DNA of 64,000 nucleotides from an uncultured bacterium (GTDB lineage Bacteria; Babelota; Babeliae; Babelales; Babelaceae): NCBI GenBank assembly GCA_963819815.1, contig CAWFXL010000001.1, positions 32,001 to 96,000 of the forward strand, read 5' to 3'. Shown piece by piece: positions 58,112 to 64,000 of this stretch (position 1 is its first letter; each line of letters starts with the position of its first letter). The notes under the pieces were generated by a model. It saw only the letters and a program-made list of their open reading frames with translations, ran no database searches and was not told where the DNA came from. The position numbers and the translations under genes were made by a program.

Positions 58112-58762
58112 CTAGCGTGATGATACTTTAGGGAGTCGAGAAAGGTCTTTGATGGTGCCTGAAAAGAGAAGGACATCTTTTTCGGTAACAATATACGTAG
58201 GATCTACAGGTTCTATTCTATCATCTTCTTTTTTGCCAATGCAGATAACTCCATAGGTATGAGGAAAATCAAGCTCTTTAATGCTCTTTTTCTGAAATTC
58301 TTTAGGAGCTTCGAGTCTACTTATGCAGAAGTTTGAGGCAAGGCGTGTTACTGCTTTAAAGGGTAAGCTCAATACATCGGCGACTCTTCTTCCTTCTTCA
58401 CGTTCAGGAAGGACGACTTGGTCTGCTCCGATAAGAAGGAGAATTTCGCGGTGAATGTCGCTAATAGAACGGGTGATAACTGTTTTTATATGGAGTCGAT
58501 GTTTTAAAAGAGCGGTAACTAAAATAGATTGGGCAAAGTTTTCACCCATAGCTACGATGACCGTATCCATATCGTCAACGCCGATACTGCGTAATGATTC
58601 CTCATCATGTACTCTCAGGCAAACTGCTTGAGAGACTTTGTCACGTATAGAGGCAATAATGCCTTCATTAGCATCAATTGCTAATACTTCCATACCATTT
58701 TCTGCAAGCGTAACGGCAACATGATATCCAAAACGACCAACTCCGATGACACAAAATTTCAT
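58112..58762 (-). CDS. ktrA: Ktr/Trk potassium uptake NAD-binding subunit
   Basis: FCVIGVGRFG, VLAID, DTVIVAMG, IGADQVVLPE; RCK_N + RCK_C. Confidence 0.9.
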   Translation of the reverse strand: MKFCVIGVGRFGYHVAVTLAENGMEVLAIDANEGIIASIRDKVSQAVCLRVHDEESLRSIGVDDMDTVIVAMGENFAQSILVTALLKHRLHIKTVITRSISDIHREILLLIGADQVVLPEREEGRRVADVLSLPFKAVTRLASNFCISRLEAPKEFQKKSIKELDFPHTYGVICIGKKEDDRIEPVDPTYIVTEKDVLLFSGTIKDLSRLPKVSSR

Positions 58763-58776
58763 AGTGGGGTTCCTAG

Positions 58777-60135
58777 CTAGCTCATCATAATTCGTTCTTC
58801 AGGGTAGTGAAATTCTGCTCGTTCACGCGGTGTACGTAATGCGAGCATGAGCGTTAATATTCCTACTCTACCCATAAACATGTTTACTATAATAATCAGT
58901 TTTCCCGCAATAGTTAAGGTTGGCGTGATTGAAGTAGCCAGGCCCAAGTTAGTAAAAGAGGAAACTGCTTCAAAAAAAACACTAATAAAACTACTATGGC
59001 TTTCTACAAGAGCCAGCAGGAACGTACTTGCAGTAATCCACACGAGACTTACTGAAAGTACTGCCATAGCCTTAAAGATCTGATCTTGAGCAACGCGCCG
59101 GTTTATTATGTCAACTTCCATACGTCCATTGACAACCGCGCGGATCGTTGCAAGGAAAATAGCAAAGGTGGTTACTTTGATGCCTGATCCTGTTGAAACA
59201 GGTGATGAACCGATAAAGCTATACATCATGATTAAGAAAATCGTTGCTGTTTGCATCGTATCAAGATCAATAGTGGTGAACCCGATACTCCGATATGAGA
59301 TAGCGTTGAAGAGCATATTGCTCAATGTCTCCCACCACGGGCTATCAGGAAAATGGCTTGGCCCCTCCAACAAAACGAGCAGTAAGGTGGCTCCTAGAAT
59401 CAGAATGGCAGTCATGCTTAGTATGATTTTTGAGGTGAGCGAAAACTGAAAGAATCGTCCTTCCCACCTACTTTTGATGAAGAGAAATAGTTCATGGAGG
59501 GTGATAAATCCGATACCGCCTACCATAATTAAAATACTGGTAACTGCAAGAAAGGGTAAATTGTGACTATAGGGAACTAAGCTTTCAGATCCAAAGCTGC
59601 TCATTCCAGCCATACAGAAGGACGAGATGCTATGAAATATTGCATGAAATGCCGCATCCCACGGTGCATACTGATCCTTGATTAGAAGGTAAATACATAC
59701 AGCTCCAACAAGTTCAACAATAATAGTCGTTTTTATAATAAAGAAGAGAATTTGACGAGGATTTTTGAACGTTGAGAGTTCTAAGATTTTTCCTAACATA
59801 AATTTTGTTGAGATCCCTAAGTTAAAAAAGAGCGCTACTAGGAAAAGCCAGAGAGTAAGCAGCCCTATGCCACCTATTTGGATAAGGCCAAGTATGATGC
59901 ATTTCCCAAAGAGACTAAAGGATTCGAATGGTACTGTAAGCACCCCAGTGACACACGTTGAAGATGTAGCAGTAAAGAAGCAATCGATAAGCGAGATCGG
60001 AGTATTTTGTGCAGCAGGCACCTTCAAAAGGATTGTGCCTAGAATGATGGTGAGGGCGATCGTGAATAAAACGGTTCTCCCGGGCGAGTCTGTTAAGGCA
60101 CGTAATAAACGCATAATCTGACCTTGCTCTTTCAT
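58777..60135 (-). CDS. ktrB: Ktr/Trk potassium uptake membrane subunit
   Basis: FTATSSTCVTG, IQIGGIG, SSFCMAG, STGSGIKVTT, FEAVSSFTNLGL, MFMGRVG. Confidence 0.9.
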   Translation of the reverse strand: MKEQGQIMRLLRALTDSPGRTVLFTIALTIILGTILLKVPAAQNTPISLIDCFFTATSSTCVTGVLTVPFESFSLFGKCIILGLIQIGGIGLLTLWLFLVALFFNLGISTKFMLGKILELSTFKNPRQILFFIIKTTIIVELVGAVCIYLLIKDQYAPWDAAFHAIFHSISSFCMAGMSSFGSESLVPYSHNLPFLAVTSILIMVGGIGFITLHELFLFIKSRWEGRFFQFSLTSKIILSMTAILILGATLLLVLLEGPSHFPDSPWWETLSNMLFNAISYRSIGFTTIDLDTMQTATIFLIMMYSFIGSSPVSTGSGIKVTTFAIFLATIRAVVNGRMEVDIINRRVAQDQIFKAMAVLSVSLVWITASTFLLALVESHSSFISVFFEAVSSFTNLGLATSITPTLTIAGKLIIIVNMFMGRVGILTLMLALRTPRERAEFHYPEERIMMS

Positions 60136-60417
60136 ATTTAAAAGGTACCTGCCAATATACACCTGGGTAGGGTACTGCTGTCAAGTGGAGGAAAATTCGA
60201 GTGTGAAAATTGTGGGCCCCAATGTGATAGTTGGTTTTTTGTCATAGGTATGAGATAGAGATTGCGAAAGGATAAGTATTAGGAGAAAAGACGGTACCTA
60301 ACCTTTTTTGGGGCTGTACCAAGAACTAGACACGCCATGCAGATTTTGGTACTATTTCGATGATGTATCTCCTCGCCTAGCGCTTAAAAGATATTTGATG
60401 CGATGAAAGGACTTGCG

Positions 60418-60744
60418 ATGCCTAAAAAAATGAAAACGACGTATGATATATTTCTTGAGTCGATGACTTCTGATCAGAAAAAAGAGTTTGACAGTGAACT
60501 TCGCAATCTTGCGCTATCTGAGTTTGTACTTGCCGCAATGAAGCAAGATACCGTATCGGTAAGAAAGCTTGCAAAAATAGCTGGTGTATCTCCAACAATT
60601 ATACAAGCGATTCGTTCAGGCTCCAGAGATGATTTTGCGCTAAAAAGTATATTTAAGGTTTTAGATAGTTTGGGTTTTAAAGTACTCCTAGAGAGGAACG
60701 GTGAGATTACACCACTCGATATTTCCTGGATAGCATCCGATTGA
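60418..60744 (+). CDS. XRE/HigA-like HTH protein (orphan antitoxin-like)
   Basis: SVRKLAKIAGVSPTIIQAIRSG HTH followed by LKSIFKVLDSLG; AAGGA RBS. Confidence 0.8.
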   Translation: MPKKMKTTYDIFLESMTSDQKKEFDSELRNLALSEFVLAAMKQDTVSVRKLAKIAGVSPTIIQAIRSGSRDDFALKSIFKVLDSLGFKVLLERNGEITPLDISWIASD

Positions 60745-60825
60745 TTTGTTCTGTCGTTGAAAATGAACGACGGATAAGAAAGCGTAAATGACCCTGAAAG
60801 AGAAAGACATGCCTTACGAGAGAAA

Positions 60826-60856
60826 TAGCGCCACTCTCGTTACGGGAGCAGCGCTA
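60826..60856. terminator. Hairpin between the convergent HTH gene and lon
   Basis: tagcg-cca-ctctcgt-t-acgggag-cag-cgcta, 10 bp from the lon stop. Confidence 0.5.
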
Positions 60857-60865
60857 CAAAAGATA

Positions 60866-63316
60866 CTATTTTGTCTTTTTTCGTGGCGCAGTTTTTGTCT
60901 GCTTTTTCTTATCTGTTTTCGTTGTCTGTTTTGATTTTGCTTTCTCTTCTTCTTTCTCCGAAGGGGCTTTTGTTTTAAAAGGATCTTTTATTAAGGCGAG
61001 CTTAAGCACTTCATCCATATTTTTTACGTAGATGATTTTCATATCTTTAAGTTCACCTATATCTGCAATTACCTCTTCAATGTCATCCTTGTTTTCATCA
61101 GGTACAAAGATCGTCTTAATGCCATGTTGTCGTGCAGCAAGAATCTTAGCTTTTAAGCCACCTACGCCAAGAACACGACCACGAAGGGTAATCTCCCCAG
61201 TCATCGCCATGTCAGGTCGTGTTGGATTCTTAGTAATTGCTGATACCAAAGCTAAGCACATTGTAATACCTGCAGAAGGGCCATCTTTTGGTGTAGCACC
61301 CTCTGGAATATGAACGTGAATATCTCTTGATGCATAGAAGGACTCTTTCAATCCAAGCGGGGTTGCTCGCGATCTTATATAACTAAGAGCAGCGTGAGCA
61401 GACTCTTGCATAACCTCACCAAGCTGGCCTGTAAGAGTTAACCCACCTTTACCAGGCAGTACGGTTGCTTCGATCTCAAGGATATCTCCTCCGACCTCAG
61501 TCCAGGCAAGACCGGTTGCAAGGCCGATACGTTCACCCGTATCAAGAGTTGTCTTTTTATAGCGAGGATGTCCAAGCCACTCTTTTAGAAGCTCGTCAGT
61601 TACCTTAACGCTGGTTACCTTCGGATCTTTTAAGAGGATCTGTATGCTCTTACGCATGAGCTTTGAAATGATACGTTCAAGTTGACGTACACCAGATTCT
61701 TTCGTGTATTCATTGATGATCTTATGTAAGAGTTCTGTAGGAAGCTTAAACTGAGTAGGCTTTAAGCCATACTCTTTCAAGTTTTTAGGAATCAAAAAAG
61801 ATTTTGCAATCTCCATCTTCTCAGCATCGGTGTATCCTGAGAGCATAATGCGCTCCATCCTATCATATAGAGGGAACGGAATGCCTTCAGTATGGTTTGC
61901 GGTAGCGATAAACATTACCTTAGAAAGGTCATACTCAAGCTCAAGAAAATGGTCTACAAACGATTTGTTTTGTTCGGGATCAAGCACCTCAAGTAATGCT
62001 GCTGCGGGATCTCCATGGAAGTCATTCGACATCTTGTCGATCTCGTCAAGTAAGATCACGGGGTTAGCAGATCCGGCTTTTTTAATAGCCTGGATAATCT
62101 TACCAGGTAGGGCACCAATATAGGTGCGCCGGTGACCACGTATCTCTGCTTCATCTTTTACACCACCAAGAGAGATCCGCACAAATTCACGGCCTAAGCT
62201 CTCTGCTATAGAATGGCCTAAGGACGTTTTGCCAACACCTGGAGGACCAATTAAACAGATGATAGGGGACCTTTGAAGCGATTTAGAGAACTTGCGAGCA
62301 GCAAGGAACTCAATAATACGCTCTTTTGCACGTTTTAATCCTGCATGGTTCTTGTTAAGAATCTTTTCTGCATCTTCAAGGCTTATTTTGTCTTGAGTTA
62401 CCTTATTCCAAGGTAATGAAATTATCCAATCAATGTAGTGCCTACTAACAACCGCCTCAGAGGATAGCGGGGGCATCTGCTCAAGACGCTTAAGCTCTTT
62501 ATTTACCTTATCAAGGGCTTCCTTAGGAAGACCAAGCTTTTTTACTTTGGAGCGAATAAGGGCAATATCTGATTGGGTGTCGTCGCGGCCAAGCTCTTTT
62601 TGAATTGCCTTCATCTGCTCAGTTAAATAGTATTCTCTTTGGCTCTTTTCAACCTGTTTTTGTACATTTCCGCGGATCCGTTCTTCAGTCTCTAGGATGT
62701 CTATTTCGCGCTGTAGAAAGGTGGATATCTTGGAGATACGAGCCTTAAGATCGGGAATCTCGATAATTTCCTGACGTTCTTCAAAGGACAAGTTAAGATG
62801 GACTGCGAGAGTATCGACAATGTTGTCCATATCTTCAGGACTTTTGACTGCAACCAGGAGCTCAGCGGGTATTTTTGTATTGTATTGGGCAAATGTAGCA
62901 TAGAGCACCTTGAGTTGTCTCCAAAGGGCTTCTAACTCAACGGTTTTATTTAAGCTTGTTGTAGGAAGGTCGACCGTTTCGACTGTAATGAAGTCATCAC
63001 ATTTTTCGGGCCTCACAATTTGTGAGCGGCAAATACCCTCTACAAGAATTTTAAGGGTGCCCTTAGGCATTCTCATAACCTGTAATATGGTTGACTTAGT
63101 CCCTATTTGGTAGACATCGTCTTCAGTAGGATGCTCAATTTCTGCATTTTTTTGAGCCGTAATAAACAGCTCTTTATTATGGCGCAAGGCATATTCTACC
63201 GCCGAGATTGAGGAAGATCTTCCTACAATGATCGGCAAAATGCTTTTGGGTAATATAACCACATTCTTAAGCGGTAAGAGAGCTAAGACTGCGGGATTTT
63301 TCTCGTTTTCTATCAT
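60866..63316 (-). CDS. lon: Lon protease
   Basis: LON N-domain, [34 protein letters not shown] (Ser), [15 protein letters not shown] (Lys). Confidence 0.98.
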   Translation of the reverse strand: MIENEKNPAVLALLPLKNVVILPKSILPIIVGRSSSISAVEYALRHNKELFITAQKNAEIEHPTEDDVYQIGTKSTILQVMRMPKGTLKILVEGICRSQIVRPEKCDDFITVETVDLPTTSLNKTVELEALWRQLKVLYATFAQYNTKIPAELLVAVKSPEDMDNIVDTLAVHLNLSFEERQEIIEIPDLKARISKISTFLQREIDILETEERIRGNVQKQVEKSQREYYLTEQMKAIQKELGRDDTQSDIALIRSKVKKLGLPKEALDKVNKELKRLEQMPPLSSEAVVSRHYIDWIISLPWNKVTQDKISLEDAEKILNKNHAGLKRAKERIIEFLAARKFSKSLQRSPIICLIGPPGVGKTSLGHSIAESLGREFVRISLGGVKDEAEIRGHRRTYIGALPGKIIQAIKKAGSANPVILLDEIDKMSNDFHGDPAAALLEVLDPEQNKSFVDHFLELEYDLSKVMFIATANHTEGIPFPLYDRMERIMLSGYTDAEKMEIAKSFLIPKNLKEYGLKPTQFKLPTELLHKIINEYTKESGVRQLERIISKLMRKSIQILLKDPKVTSVKVTDELLKEWLGHPRYKKTTLDTGERIGLATGLAWTEVGGDILEIEATVLPGKGGLTLTGQLGEVMQESAHAALSYIRSRATPLGLKESFYASRDIHVHIPEGATPKDGPSAGITMCLALVSAITKNPTRPDMAMTGEITLRGRVLGVGGLKAKILAARQHGIKTIFVPDENKDDIEEVIADIGELKDMKIIYVKNMDEVLKLALIKDPFKTKAPSEKEEEKAKSKQTTKTDKKKQTKTAPRKKTK

Positions 63317-63591
63317 ACTAATTCCTGATTATGGCGCTTTTTTTAACTAATTCAGGACTAGGCCATTGGCTCTAGCCAATCTTTCTGTTGAAGTAAAATT
63401 TTACTCGCATCTTCGCATATTAGGATACTTTTAGCAATATTTTATACAAAGAATCTTCTTTCTATGTTATCAGAGACAATCAGATCTTAGTAGTGCTTGC
63501 AGAGCAAGAGTCCTTGATTGTACCCGAGAGATCAGCAAATATGCAGAGCAACTTCTTCAAAAACAGACTAACATTATTTTAGCATAAGTGA

Positions 63592-63831
63592 CTAAGATTG
63601 TATAGTTTTCGCCAAAGGCTTTCTCTGGGGATCTAGAAAAGAATAAAAGGTGGCAAAGGCTTCAATAGTTGGAATCAGCGAGTGTTGAAATACTTCTGTT
63701 ATTCCTTCACGGGCTTCTATGGTGGGGTGTTTTTTTGTATACTTTGACAGATGGGGTGTTTTGTACCTAGATGTTAACCGTTCTTGGGGAAAATATCCTT
63801 GAATACGGTACGGCGGACTTTTTTTGTTCAT
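63592..63831 (-). CDS. Possible small hypothetical protein
   Basis: AGGA RBS before ATG, 79 aa, no recognised motif. Confidence 0.35.
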   Translation of the reverse strand: MNKKSPPYRIQGYFPQERLTSRYKTPHLSKYTKKHPTIEAREGITEVFQHSLIPTIEAFATFYSFLDPQRKPLAKTIQS

Positions 63832-63878
63832 TGGTTTCCTGGTCCTAATGCATCTTAAAAAATTTTTTTGGTTGAAAC

Positions 63879-64000
63879 GTTCCGAACAATGCTGTTATTC
63901 TCCTGCAAGAGCCATTTTAGGGATCACGATGACCGGATTCCCCCTTTTTGAAGCATAAATCGGCAAGGTTGGTTTTGAAGTGTTCGGTTCAAGCTCCAGC
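63879..64000 (-). ncRNA. Possible 3' part of a 6S-like RNA cut by the window edge
   Basis: Minus strand gcuggagcu pairs with ggcucuugc around a central bubble containing uugaaccgaacac and a terminal stem gccgauu/aauccggu. Confidence 0.25.

Noticed and set aside
20131..64000. AT-rich segment as a prophage, genomic island or giant virus insert
   Set aside because: It carries core bacterial genes (pheS, tsf, frr, pyrH, rpmH, rnpA, rplU, tRNAs) and no integrase, capsid or terminase

Overview
The window joins two unrelated genomes at about 20131, with an abrupt compositional switch that truncates a gene on each side and no mobile-element signature; a chimeric assembly or concatenation is the likeliest cause. 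1-20130 is GC-rich and looks like Gemmatimonadota (inference). It holds a GT2, a PilR/PilS-like two-component pair, arfB, a SusC/SusD pair, a metallopeptidase-propeller-Omp85 protein, a four-helix-bundle gene, a lytic transglycosylase, a GGDEF protein, a Spy-like protein, RidA and a D-TA-family PLP enzyme, with many frameshifts that look like read errors. 20131-64000 is AT-rich and looks like Candidatus Dependentiae/Babelota, intracellular parasites of protists (inference). Housekeeping genes (ppsA, galU, pheS, msrAB, rpmH-rnpA-yidD, trxB, tig, tsf-pyrH-frr, rplU, ktrAB, lon, tRNA-Phe, tRNA-Leu) are interleaved with signal-peptide proteins carrying eukaryote-like domains. Top candidates for novelty: (1) two tandem secreted proteins built from near-identical 39/40-aa helical repeats with one hypervariable loop (His-x dipeptides HD/HN/HR/HY/HE), an architecture reminiscent of TALE/PPR modular binders; (2) a three-paralog family of secreted proteins fusing an apparently inactivated papain/Josephin-like domain to a classical AAA ATPase; (3) two secreted Cys-rich proteins, one a 59-aa gene missing from the ORF track; (4) operator-like repeat arrays upstream of an ATPase-nuclease gene and a Fic gene. 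All family calls come from motif recognition by eye; no database searches were run.
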